Positions 47,983 through 57,956 of a DNA stretch of 64,000 bases are shown here, one piece after another (position 1 is the stretch's first letter; every line of letters begins with the position of its first letter). This stretch comes from a virus (taxonomy: Duplodnaviria; Caudoviricetes), in IMG/VR virus record IMGVR_UViG_3300037067_026422; one strand, given 5' to 3'. The notes under the pieces are model-generated. The model was given only the letters and a program-made list of their open reading frames with translations, searched no databases and had not been told where the DNA came from. The position numbers were made by a program, and so were the translations under genes.

Positions 47983-50900
47983 TTATTTTCTAATAAGAGG
48001 CTTATTCACCAGTTTATACAGTGCTATGGAAGTATCAGCTTCTTCTGTATATCCTGGCAGATACTCAGTACTCGTATCATCATAGTATCCTGTTGCATTC
48101 TCTTTACGGGCCCTGTATGTTTTACTGAATAACATCAGAACTACCTCTCCTCTAAGAAAAGGAAAAGTTATATTAGATCGTACTCTCGCCAAGAATGGTA
48201 TAAAAACCTTCCTCGGAGTAGATATTGTCAAATCCTCACAATGATAGATAATGTCAGAGGAACATGATACATAGAAAGGTCTCCCAAGTTTATCTCCAAT
48301 ATTATTTGGTTCAGACAAAATCAAATCCTCACCCACATATTGAGATATTATAGCGGGAAGCTTTACAAAACCAGTATCTATTCTGAAATTGGCAAAATCC
48401 ATGTCATCAACATTAGAGAAGAAATTATCACTGAAAACATCATTTGAATTTACCGGTATATGCTCTGCTGGAATAGCATAGGGTTCTCCAGATATGAAAT
48501 CACTGGATCCCGTACCCAGATTAGTGACATATATGAAATCAGAGCATTTTAAAACTTCTACCACCATGTCACTTGGTAAATTACCAATAGATTGATATGG
48601 AACATAGTTGTAAAATACAGATGCTACTGGTGAAGATGTCATACCCGGGAGACTACTCAATTTAACCAGAATTGGGATTATCAACTCACCAGAAGTTACC
48701 GTCTTACGCGGATCAAATGTTATAGTAATGATGGATGTCCCTAAACCTTGTACTTGGGCTATAGGAGCCATCGCATAGTAATCTAACTCATTAGCCTTAT
48801 ACCAGGCATATTGCTGAAAAGAATTATCACGAGTTTCACAAGACCCTATCCCCAATATAGTTCCATCCTGTAAACCGGTACTTGGGCTGTGCTCTTGTAG
48901 GTTTATGTATGCCGTTGATCCAGCTATCTGATATGGGCGACATAGTATCCCCGTATACATCCCGGCTACAGCCCTGGAAGCTATGTTGAAATTAGCTGTA
49001 AATGATGTACGGAGGGCATCCTGGGTCTCACCACTATCACTTGCAGTAAACCCCAAATCAGGAAATGCAGGAGTCACCGGACCTAAAGCATTTTCTAATA
49101 CTATAGCTTCAAGAATAACTTCCACAATCGATTCTGCAGGAATAGTAAAAGCCGCATCAAGGTATATCAGTACATTAGAAAGATCTGTCCCATCACGATC
49201 CCTCATAGACTCATTGCCCTGATAATCAATACCAATCTTATAAACAGACCCATTGATATTCTTTACCTGACGAGCTCCTAAAATTGAATATCCATTAAGA
49301 TTTTTGGGGATCTTAATAAGACTGGTCACCACTGTAGTCTTGATATAATGGTGATATAGTACCAAAGACCCACGATACTGCTGACCCTTAAATTTACTCA
49401 AACCCCGTTTGTAATCCTGATCACTATGCTCTTCATGCCCTACTATTTCATAGAGAGCTTCATCATCCACATTCCCCTGAATAGCTTTGGCTGAATATAA
49501 CTCCACATAATCATGATATCCCGAAACATTCTCAGTAAGCTCTTCAAGATTCTTTTTTGAAAGTCTTGAATTGATCCCATTGAAATACAAGGAGGTACCC
49601 GGGTCAGCACTATTGGAGCGGTATTTAACAGCAATTGGATTCTGGGGTACTTTACTTAAACCCGTCTTCGAGTAATCCATGTAATGTGTGGTGATTACAT
49701 ATTCCACTCCCTCCAGATCTCCACCCACAGGCGAAAAATTATCCTCGATATGAAATATGACACTATTCGTACCAAATCCCTCAAATGTACCATTAACGGG
49801 TTCATTTGTGAGGGTACCATCTCTTCTTATATAAGCACTATAATAAGAAGGATCATTATGATAAAGCCCTGTATCTATGGGGCCAAAAGTTAACTCTGAA
49901 GTAGTAATCTGAATATTAGGATCAAGCACCTTCTGATCCTGAGTTATTACTGCAGCTGAAGATACCCCCCCAGTCACTAATCTGGTCATATCCGTAATAC
50001 CTGTGAAGTTATCAACCATGATCATAGAAGCCCCATACTGAAGCCCCTGCTGATTTTTATCATTCATATTAGTACTGAGAGTATTAGATAGCAGTTTCTC
50101 AAGATTTTTCTCAAAAAGATAACTATAAGACTGTATACTTATCTGCCTTCTGATATCAATTATATCTGCCCCTATAATATGATTATAGGTCAAACCATCC
50201 GGTCTTACAGCACCAATATCAAAGTTAGTAGAACCATTGATATTGTTGTTGACATCAAATGCCGAAGAATTTCTTCTCGTAACAAAAAACATTGGTATAG
50301 TCCAGCTATATCCGTCGTAGGTATTTCTACACCTTGCTCTCCACAAACCATAATCCCCATTTTCTTCACCCATATTAGCAAAGGTATAGCTACCAGCTTC
50401 ACTGGTGCTCAAATTAGGCCCCAGACTGTAAATAAAGCTATGACCCAACCCAGCTTCAGGATAAGTGTATGGGTCAACTCCTTCCGCGATTCTTATACGA
50501 TACTGTATTTGAAGTCTTTTTGAAGTCTCTACCCCTACTTGAGGATCTATAATATTGTCCGGTAAGTAATTCTCTACCCCTGACAAGACATTTCCTTCGG
50601 GATAGATACGACCAACAGTCCTCGTATTTAAGTCAGTATCCTGTACTTCTGGTGTTCCCTGATAGTATTTAATAACATATCCATCAGCACCACAATACCA
50701 ACCAATATTATTATCCACATAAAAGGCATCCATCAAATTCACACCAACACCAAGATTAATCAATTCCCACTTAGCTCCACTATTACTGCTATAAAGTGCT
50801 ACCCCATAATCACCCGCTATCCAAGCTTTATCTTCAACTGAGAAAGATATCTGTGCCGGAATCATACTTGAAAAGCTTCCATAAGAAGGTCTGAAATCCG

Positions 50901-52383
50901 ATGGTTTACCAAAAGGCTCATAATCAATAGTAGACTCAAAGACTCTAACCTTCTCACGACTGGCATCTGGAAGTGCAGCATCAGAAGCCTTATATGGACT
51001 CATAACCAAATTTATAGCATCTTTGAGTTCCTCTGAATTTGCATATAAATCAAGATCAAGAACATTAAGGTAACTTATCCCATCCTGTACCCCAGAATAC
51101 TCCAGAACCAAAGAATTAGGGTAGTTACTCGGAGAAATCTTATAAACAAGATTTTTGAAAAAATTCTTAGAACTTGGGTATACTGCTATAGTAAATTTTA
51201 TGGCAAAATCTTTTTTTATAGAAACTTTATTAAACCCTATAGTCTTATCTGGATAAATCTCAGAAATAGTCTTATATACTCCATTGTACCAGATTCGATC
51301 AGTCATCTCAGACCAGGAAAATCCACTATCAGATGTTCTGAAAATCTTTCCATTATCCGTTACCGCTATACCGTCATTAAGATTGTAGAAAGCTATCGAT
51401 TTAACATTATCAGTTACTACCACTCCCAGAGCTACATTGACAATATTATACTTCTGCCAGATATTACCCCCATCTTTGGTCATCAATAATGTGCCCTTAT
51501 CCCCTGCAGCCCACCCTACAGCCACATCATAAAAAAAGACAGAACTAATACTCTCTGTGACATTTGAGGTCTGAGTTGATACAACAAAGCTGATTCCATC
51601 TATAGACAAAAGAATAGTACCATTATTTCCCACTACACAGATATTCTGATCCCCTATTATATACAGATCATTCAGGTTATCTGTTACCGGAGTTTCCAAA
51701 CCAAACCAAGTTTCCCCACCATCAATAGTCTTAATTATTACTCCCCCATCTCCTACAGCATACCCTATATAAAGATCAAAAAAACTAATCTTATTGAAGG
51801 TAACATTTATGGGAGTTTCAATAGATATCCAGTTAAGACCCCCATCAATGGTTTTGAGGATAGTACCACTTTCTCCTACTGCCCAACCGATGTTCTCATT
51901 ATACATCTGGATACCATTCAGGGTACTCACTTTTGCGATAGGCTGAGGTTTGGCGATACTATTATCATTCTCATCCTGTGCAGATACTATAGCTCTCCAT
52001 ACCTCCAGAAGCACGCCATCTACTCGGGCACCAGAACGAACAGCATCATTAAACAAAACTTTGTTTACATGCTTTAACGGAGTATTTGTATTGGTGACAT
52101 AAACAGGCCACCCATTTACCATGGCTACCTCAGGTTTTGCTCCATTCGGATCTTGAGTATAGAAACTATTCTCAAGATCACTTGAAGTATACACTGGTCT
52201 GTAACTCAACCACCCAGATGGAAGATGTGCAGTAGATTTCTTTGTGAGTATCTCCTGAAATTCCTGAGAGGAATTAAGCTCACTATCCAATGCAGGTTTA
52301 CCAGGTTGAAAAACAACCTTATCAAAAGCATATCCTAAACCCTCATAAGAGGTGGAGATATTATCACCATGGTTGATAGCCAT
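47983..52383 (-). CDS. Virion protein with YCF48/BNR-repeat beta-propeller
   Basis: Repeated GWAVGxxGxILKTxDGGxxW; N- and C-terminal blocks shared with 25869-29132. Confidence 0.8.
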   Translation of the reverse strand: MAINHGDNISTSYEGLGYAFDKVVFQPGKPALDSELNSSQEFQEILTKKSTAHLPSGWLSYRPVYTSSDLENSFYTQDPNGAKPEVAMVNGWPVYVTNTNTPLKHVNKVLFNDAVRSGARVDGVLLEVWRAIVSAQDENDNSIAKPQPIAKVSTLNGIQMYNENIGWAVGESGTILKTIDGGLNWISIETPINVTFNKISFFDLYIGYAVGDGGVIIKTIDGGETWFGLETPVTDNLNDLYIIGDQNICVVGNNGTILLSIDGISFVVSTQTSNVTESISSVFFYDVAVGWAAGDKGTLLMTKDGGNIWQKYNIVNVALGVVVTDNVKSIAFYNLNDGIAVTDNGKIFRTSDSGFSWSEMTDRIWYNGVYKTISEIYPDKTIGFNKVSIKKDFAIKFTIAVYPSSKNFFKNLVYKISPSNYPNSLVLEYSGVQDGISYLNVLDLDLYANSEELKDAINLVMSPYKASDAALPDASREKVRVFESTIDYEPFGKPSDFRPSYGSFSSMIPAQISFSVEDKAWIAGDYGVALYSSNSGAKWELINLGVGVNLMDAFYVDNNIGWYCGADGYVIKYYQGTPEVQDTDLNTRTVGRIYPEGNVLSGVENYLPDNIIDPQVGVETSKRLQIQYRIRIAEGVDPYTYPEAGLGHSFIYSLGPNLSTSEAGSYTFANMGEENGDYGLWRARCRNTYDGYSWTIPMFFVTRRNSSAFDVNNNINGSTNFDIGAVRPDGLTYNHIIGADIIDIRRQISIQSYSYLFEKNLEKLLSNTLSTNMNDKNQQGLQYGASMIMVDNFTGITDMTRLVTGGVSSAAVITQDQKVLDPNIQITTSELTFGPIDTGLYHNDPSYYSAYIRRDGTLTNEPVNGTFEGFGTNSVIFHIEDNFSPVGGDLEGVEYVITTHYMDYSKTGLSKVPQNPIAVKYRSNSADPGTSLYFNGINSRLSKKNLEELTENVSGYHDYVELYSAKAIQGNVDDEALYEIVGHEEHSDQDYKRGLSKFKGQQYRGSLVLYHHYIKTTVVTSLIKIPKNLNGYSILGARQVKNINGSVYKIGIDYQGNESMRDRDGTDLSNVLIYLDAAFTIPAESIVEVILEAIVLENALGPVTPAFPDLGFTASDSGETQDALRTSFTANFNIASRAVAGMYTGILCRPYQIAGSTAYINLQEHSPSTGLQDGTILGIGSCETRDNSFQQYAWYKANELDYYAMAPIAQVQGLGTSIITITFDPRKTVTSGELIIPILVKLSSLPGMTSSPVASVFYNYVPYQSIGNLPSDMVVEVLKCSDFIYVTNLGTGSSDFISGEPYAIPAEHIPVNSNDVFSDNFFSNVDDMDFANFRIDTGFVKLPAIISQYVGEDLILSEPNNIGDKLGRPFYVSCSSDIIYHCEDLTISTPRKVFIPFLARVRSNITFPFLRGEVVLMLFSKTYRARKENATGYYDDTSTEYLPGYTEEADTSIALYKLVNKPLIRK

Positions 52384-52384
52384 A

Positions 52385-55300
52385 TCACATTCCTCGTTTG
52401 TTTACTTTTTCATCAATTATCTCTATATCCCTCAAACTGATGCTATCTATCTCAAGATACTCTATATCCGAAGTATATATATCATCTACCGGATTCTCAT
52501 CCGCCGCATAATACGAAAAATAAGATACCTTATAATACTTGGTCTGAGGAGGAGCCCCATCAGTAGTGCTCACTATAATTTTACCATCAGCCTGGATATA
52601 AGCATTTCCTGCAACTTTTGAAACATCCCCAGGAGAGTTCACCTGAGTCAATATCCTGTTGTCCTCATAAACTCCTCTAAAGTAACTTGAATCCCCACCA
52701 TTATCCGTAGTCTTATAAGTGAGTACACTTTCAATACTCCTGTAGGAAGTTATCCCCGAAGCACTCGATTTATTATATACCTCAAAATTAACATATCCAA
52801 CAGGATCCAAAGGTATGAAAGATCCATTCCTTTTCATCATCCGGGTAAAAGGTATCTTCACATCCTTAACACCCTCTACTCCCCTTACTTCACTTGCTAT
52901 AGCACTTTGAGTAAGCGTCTCTCCCATTTTAAGTCTGGAAACATAGTTGGAGATAGCCGTAATAATCCTGGATTTCAATAAGCTTACATCGGTACCTACT
53001 TTTCTAACTACTCTAAAACTCATATCTGCAAAATTATACACAGCTTGTTTTGTAATAGCGTCTCCACAAGCATGTTTCATTTTATCAACTTTTTCCTGAA
53101 CCTGTCTTATAAGGTCATTAGTAATAAAGGTCACATTGAAGTTTTCACTTGCCCTATAAGATACTGAGACTCTATCCCCATGCCTTATCTTACTATGATA
53201 TAACAGCTCAAGATATGTATAAGCTACGTCACTCCCAACTTGTATAGCATAATCAACATCTCTTAAAAAAGCTGTACCACCCCCTACAGGAGTAACCACT
53301 ATAGAGGTATTATCCACACCCTTAAGTATAAGTCTTGCAGGGGTGTCATAAAGCATATCATGCTCTTCATCTGTGACTGTCAAAAATTCCTGTACATTAT
53401 CATCTTCACTGAAGAAAAATTTTACAGCATCTTTAGCTATACTGGAGCTACCATTAATCAGGGGATCCTCATATTTTACCAATCGATACTTGGAGGTATC
53501 TATAACATCACCCCCTGATGTTGTAACTGAAACAATAGACTCTACGGGCTGTTGAGACAGTACCAGCATATTTGAACTTCTGTATAGATATCCAACTTCT
53601 ATAACATCAAAAGTTGCCATGCCTACAGCTATATTCTGCTGATTATCCTCCAACAAAATAGTATCACCCTCCCCAATTATCTGGAGGTTACTAATAGAAT
53701 AATCCTTACCACGAGTAACATTGCGGACCCTGCTCACAGAAACTATTGGGCTATCCACAGAAACACTGGGGTTTTTGCTTCGTAATCTGAAATTAGCAGC
53801 ATCAGATACATAAAAAACTTCACCAACTTTATTTCCAAAAGTATCAGTAGGATATTCATAGCTAAAGGCTACTTGATCTACCAACTGCATAAGCCTATTT
53901 CCTCTGATATATATATCTACTTTACCCCCATAATGCTTTTTGTCCGCAGCATGATAATCGCGCATCATTAGTGGGTCCCCAGCTCGCTCTACTCGTGCTT
54001 GAATAACTCCTGGGGTATCCATGGCTGTAGACCCATATCCACCCTCAGTACCTGAGTCATATTCAAATTTAGCAAGCTTTATTCTATCAGCAAGCTGCTG
54101 GTTAGTCTCTCTGTCATACCCATATTTGGTTGGGACATCATTTATTACCCTTAATCCCGGAGTAACATTCAAAGCCACAGTAATTGATCCAGCAGGGACA
54201 TTACCCTTACTCCCCACTGTCTGGGCTTCTATAACAGACTGAATCTCATATCTTTTTGTCGATGGGTTATAATAAATATCCGTATTGGTGGCACTTAATA
54301 TCTTGGTACCCTTAACTATAAAATTTACAGAACCTATACCAAGATCAATATCTGAAGCCGTGGATATAACCGTATTATCCAAAATAAGAATATCTCTTGT
54401 AGGAAGTATATCAGTATAAAATGTCACGGTACCCGTGGATTTTACAGCTCCCTTACGTGTCAAATCCGAATTAGAAGCATACTTATCAAATTGTTCATCT
54501 ATTAAAAGCTGAACATTAACAGGATCCTTGAGCCCCAGAGCACCAGCTAATGCCCTTTTTCTGGTATTAGTAGTAATGGGATCACTTATACCGTCTCGAT
54601 CTGCATCATCAAAAATCAAAAGGGTATCCAAGGACAGGCATGAAAAAATAAAATCCTGGATAACGTACATTTTTTCAAATTCAAGAGCTATCGGATCTGA
54701 AATATCTCTGATCACCGATCCTGGGACTACATTAATCAGGGTATTATTGAGCATCATCTCCCGAGATAAAGCAAATAAGATGTCACTTCTCGATCTCTTG
54801 GGCATATTCTGATAATCTGTAGAATAAACCAAAAACTGAGATTCCATCTCTTGAGAATACGGACTCTCTACCAGCTGATTCAGAGATTTATCAAAAGTCC
54901 TGACTGTAGCTATGATATAATAAATAATATCTGAACTTAACGTCTCACCATCTGCAAGAAAAATGTTAGGTATCTTGTTCTGCTGAACAAGTTTGGCTAT
55001 GGCAGTCTTATCCAAAGTACAGGAATAATACTCAACAGTAGCCTGTCTTGTCTTAGTAGATGTCACAGTTAAATCTGCTGCAGTATCCTGATATGAAGAC
55101 TCCGTAAGCACAACATCTTCAGATTCTGTTTCATCTACATCTATTACAGGGACATCATTGATAAGTTCATAATCTACACCAGGAGTAAGACTCATGTAGA
55201 AATTGCAACCTGAAAAATCATTATTGGCATTGACCAAGATTCCAGATGCCGGTACCATTATTTTTACACGATTATTATATCTTCGGATTTTCATGCCTGT

Positions 55301-55744
55301 TATAGGCTCAGCAGAAGCCGTGATATCATTTTCATTAATGATATGAGCTATTATTGGGGAGTATACACTCTCATCAAGCACCTCTCCCATATGAAGTACC
55401 TGGTTGCTGACCTTATATACTTTAAATTCTATTGTAAGAATATCATAAGGGAATAGCTCAAAAATACCCTCAGAGTAAAAAGACCATGGAATAGAGGTGG
55501 CAAGAGAAATGGTGGAACCCACTGTGATATTGTCTGAAGATTCAACGGATAATATCCCGGGAACCCCATTCCGATCAATTTTATATCGATACTTAACGAT
55601 GATAATAGTTTCCCGCTCTATTTCACTGGATGCTATAGGCACATATCCGGAAATAGCCTGAATAAGATCACTGGAATAATATGTCTGATCCCCTGTGGCA
55701 GACCAGTTCGTCTTAGGATATAAGATTACAGGTGCTGGTATCAT
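52385..55744 (-). CDS. Baseplate J/gp47-like protein
   Basis: PGSVIRD, R..A..STGTVTF, AQTVGSKGNV.AGSI, G.DRET...L..RI, GGKVDIYI. Confidence 0.85.
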   Translation of the reverse strand: MIPAPVILYPKTNWSATGDQTYYSSDLIQAISGYVPIASSEIERETIIIVKYRYKIDRNGVPGILSVESSDNITVGSTISLATSIPWSFYSEGIFELFPYDILTIEFKVYKVSNQVLHMGEVLDESVYSPIIAHIINENDITASAEPITGMKIRRYNNRVKIMVPASGILVNANNDFSGCNFYMSLTPGVDYELINDVPVIDVDETESEDVVLTESSYQDTAADLTVTSTKTRQATVEYYSCTLDKTAIAKLVQQNKIPNIFLADGETLSSDIIYYIIATVRTFDKSLNQLVESPYSQEMESQFLVYSTDYQNMPKRSRSDILFALSREMMLNNTLINVVPGSVIRDISDPIALEFEKMYVIQDFIFSCLSLDTLLIFDDADRDGISDPITTNTRKRALAGALGLKDPVNVQLLIDEQFDKYASNSDLTRKGAVKSTGTVTFYTDILPTRDILILDNTVISTASDIDLGIGSVNFIVKGTKILSATNTDIYYNPSTKRYEIQSVIEAQTVGSKGNVPAGSITVALNVTPGLRVINDVPTKYGYDRETNQQLADRIKLAKFEYDSGTEGGYGSTAMDTPGVIQARVERAGDPLMMRDYHAADKKHYGGKVDIYIRGNRLMQLVDQVAFSYEYPTDTFGNKVGEVFYVSDAANFRLRSKNPSVSVDSPIVSVSRVRNVTRGKDYSISNLQIIGEGDTILLEDNQQNIAVGMATFDVIEVGYLYRSSNMLVLSQQPVESIVSVTTSGGDVIDTSKYRLVKYEDPLINGSSSIAKDAVKFFFSEDDNVQEFLTVTDEEHDMLYDTPARLILKGVDNTSIVVTPVGGGTAFLRDVDYAIQVGSDVAYTYLELLYHSKIRHGDRVSVSYRASENFNVTFITNDLIRQVQEKVDKMKHACGDAITKQAVYNFADMSFRVVRKVGTDVSLLKSRIITAISNYVSRLKMGETLTQSAIASEVRGVEGVKDVKIPFTRMMKRNGSFIPLDPVGYVNFEVYNKSSASGITSYRSIESVLTYKTTDNGGDSSYFRGVYEDNRILTQVNSPGDVSKVAGNAYIQADGKIIVSTTDGAPPQTKYYKVSYFSYYAADENPVDDIYTSDIEYLEIDSISLRDIEIIDEKVNKRGM

Positions 55745-56487
55745 GTTGTAGCCAATCTCTGTCGAGTATCGTTTAATGCCAAATACTGAGAGTACTCTAT
55801 GGGAGTATTACTCTGAGAAGTAAAATGGACCGTCACCAATATCATGGAGGGGTCTTCAGTCTCTTCTATTTCAATTTTCAGGAGTTTTCCGAAAAGCTCA
55901 CTCGGATCAAATTTTCTTCCTGAAGCCATCATTTGTTTTTGTATCGTTCTTAATTTCTCGATCGCAGAACTTATCTGCTCTCTAATCCTTGTGTACAACA
56001 AATCCCTATCAAAAATCTTTGTACCTATAAGTGTATGAAGATCCGTACCATACCACGAATGAAAGTTGTTAGAGGATAACTTGGTAACGATTATCTTCTC
56101 AACTTGTTGTAACAAAAGAATCTCTTTGGATATTACTTCGATATCTCCATTCCCATTAATGACCATATCATCAACAGTTTTTACGTTAAGACATTTTGGA
56201 CAGGTATCCGCAATACTGACATAATTAACTTCTATAATAGGATCAAAGTGCTTTATCTTATTTAGAAATTCTATATAGCTAACAATAACAAAGCTTAAAG
56301 TTTGTCTTGTACTTTTAATGCTATAATCAGTTACTGGTCTTATGCCCCCATTCAAGCGAACTTGTAAAGAAGCAGCAGAAGCTAAAGGATATGGTAAGTA
56401 GACCGTTTTTCTGTCCACCTCCAATTGTACCCTTTGCCACAAAATCTTATGGTCACAATAGTTCTGCAGTCTAATATCATATGACAT
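55741..56487 (-). CDS. Baseplate wedge protein gp25/W-like
   Basis: L.QQV.KI..T...S..FH.WYGT.L...IG; adjacent to baseplate J. Confidence 0.7.
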   Translation of the reverse strand: MSYDIRLQNYCDHKILWQRVQLEVDRKTVYLPYPLASAASLQVRLNGGIRPVTDYSIKSTRQTLSFVIVSYIEFLNKIKHFDPIIEVNYVSIADTCPKCLNVKTVDDMVINGNGDIEVISKEILLLQQVEKIIVTKLSSNNFHSWYGTDLHTLIGTKIFDRDLLYTRIREQISSAIEKLRTIQKQMMASGRKFDPSELFGKLLKIEIEETEDPSMILVTVHFTSQSNTPIEYSQYLALNDTRQRLATT

Positions 56488-56510
56488 ATTAATTAGTCAA
56501 AAATAATAGG

Positions 56511-56519
56511 AGATTATTA
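56511..56519 (-). promoter_or_regulatory. Putative late-promoter motif TAATAATCT
   Basis: Recurrent intergenic motif (see 4624). Confidence 0.5.
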
Positions 56520-57953
56520 TTAGTGGGACATGATATCACGGTTGATTCGGGTCTCAAATTCGAGTATGTCAGAGGAAGTATCTTTCTTACTTTTTCCAGT
56601 TTTTTCGTCAAAAGCCTCTTTTTTAATAAAAACTTTATTACCACTTGAATCTATAGTCTCCACCTCATCACAGAAAGGAATATTACCCCCATACTTCTGT
56701 CGAACACGCTCCCTAAGATGCTCTTCAAGATTGGTATTTCTATCTTCAGAGGATTTAACCGGGAATCCAAAGGTCAGAGCTATTTTCCGTAAGATATTTC
56801 TCTGGGCTTTTATAAATTTTTCATCAAGATTTTCTATACCCCCCTGTACCCGGCTTTTTATATCCTTAATTTTTCTATTTACACCTTCTCCAACGGTATA
56901 ATTACCACTCTTCACCGTGTCGAGCGTAGTTTGCTCGACTTTTTTAGCAGCTGCGAAAGAATTAGAGATTTCTATGGTAGATGTAACCAAACCCTCTACC
57001 ATAGAGTTTCCTATCCCTTTTACCCCTCGGATAGCATCCAGAGTCTTAATATTATTTGAAATGAGCTTATCAAGGTCATTAGACAAAACTTCAAGTTTGG
57101 TCATAATGTCCTTCTTCATACTTATAGCATCAACATACTGTACTGGAAGACTATCCTTCTGTTCAGAGTCAAAATAAATGGATATATCTTTAAATACAGT
57201 AACATATACTCCGTTCTCAATTTGATCAAAAGCTGTGGTAGTATAACTCTCCTGAAGCATATCTCCAGTAATTTTAATAGTCTTTTTTAATGTGCTATAG
57301 TTCGAACTGTACTTATTAAGGTTATTTGTTTTAAAACGCATATAAGACTCTGCGGTCATTACATCCGGAAGAGAACTAAATAAATATTTGAAATTCAACA
57401 AGCTTATGTATAAATATTTTATTTTATCTAAATTAGACACCGTCTGATCATAATCCTTTTGATTCTCTTTTATCTTACTCTGATACTCCTCAGAAGCTTT
57501 TTTGACACCCTCAAGAGTACCCTCAAGTTGCGCCCTATGAAGTCTCATCTTATATAATTGGTCAGTATACTCCTCAATCTCCCCCTGAAATGTAACATAC
57601 TTATCCTGTAAAAGATTCATAGTCTTAAGAAATGTATCATTAGGGATATTCGGAAGCATAGCCTGTTCTATGGGTATGGATTCCATAGACTGTTCCGGAG
57701 CCGTATCCGGTACTGCCGGGTCTGCGGTAACAGAAGCAACTATTGGATAATTAGGGTCGATATTATTCACCCGTAAAAAATTAAGAAAATCTTCTCTGAC
57801 CACCATGATATCCCTAGTGATTTCCTCTATTTTACGCTTAAGGTGCCTTTCCCTGTAATCCAATACTTCTTTATGGTCCGTGGCAATAGCCATCAATTCC
57901 TGTATGTCAGCTACACTATTAGATCGTACAAACGTATCTTTCCTGCGTCTCAT
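56520..57953 (-). CDS. Coiled-coil hypothetical protein
   Basis: 477-aa helical ORF in the structural operon. Confidence 0.75.
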   Translation of the reverse strand: MRRRKDTFVRSNSVADIQELMAIATDHKEVLDYRERHLKRKIEEITRDIMVVREDFLNFLRVNNIDPNYPIVASVTADPAVPDTAPEQSMESIPIEQAMLPNIPNDTFLKTMNLLQDKYVTFQGEIEEYTDQLYKMRLHRAQLEGTLEGVKKASEEYQSKIKENQKDYDQTVSNLDKIKYLYISLLNFKYLFSSLPDVMTAESYMRFKTNNLNKYSSNYSTLKKTIKITGDMLQESYTTTAFDQIENGVYVTVFKDISIYFDSEQKDSLPVQYVDAISMKKDIMTKLEVLSNDLDKLISNNIKTLDAIRGVKGIGNSMVEGLVTSTIEISNSFAAAKKVEQTTLDTVKSGNYTVGEGVNRKIKDIKSRVQGGIENLDEKFIKAQRNILRKIALTFGFPVKSSEDRNTNLEEHLRERVRQKYGGNIPFCDEVETIDSSGNKVFIKKEAFDEKTGKSKKDTSSDILEFETRINRDIMSH

Positions 57954-57956
57954 AGA

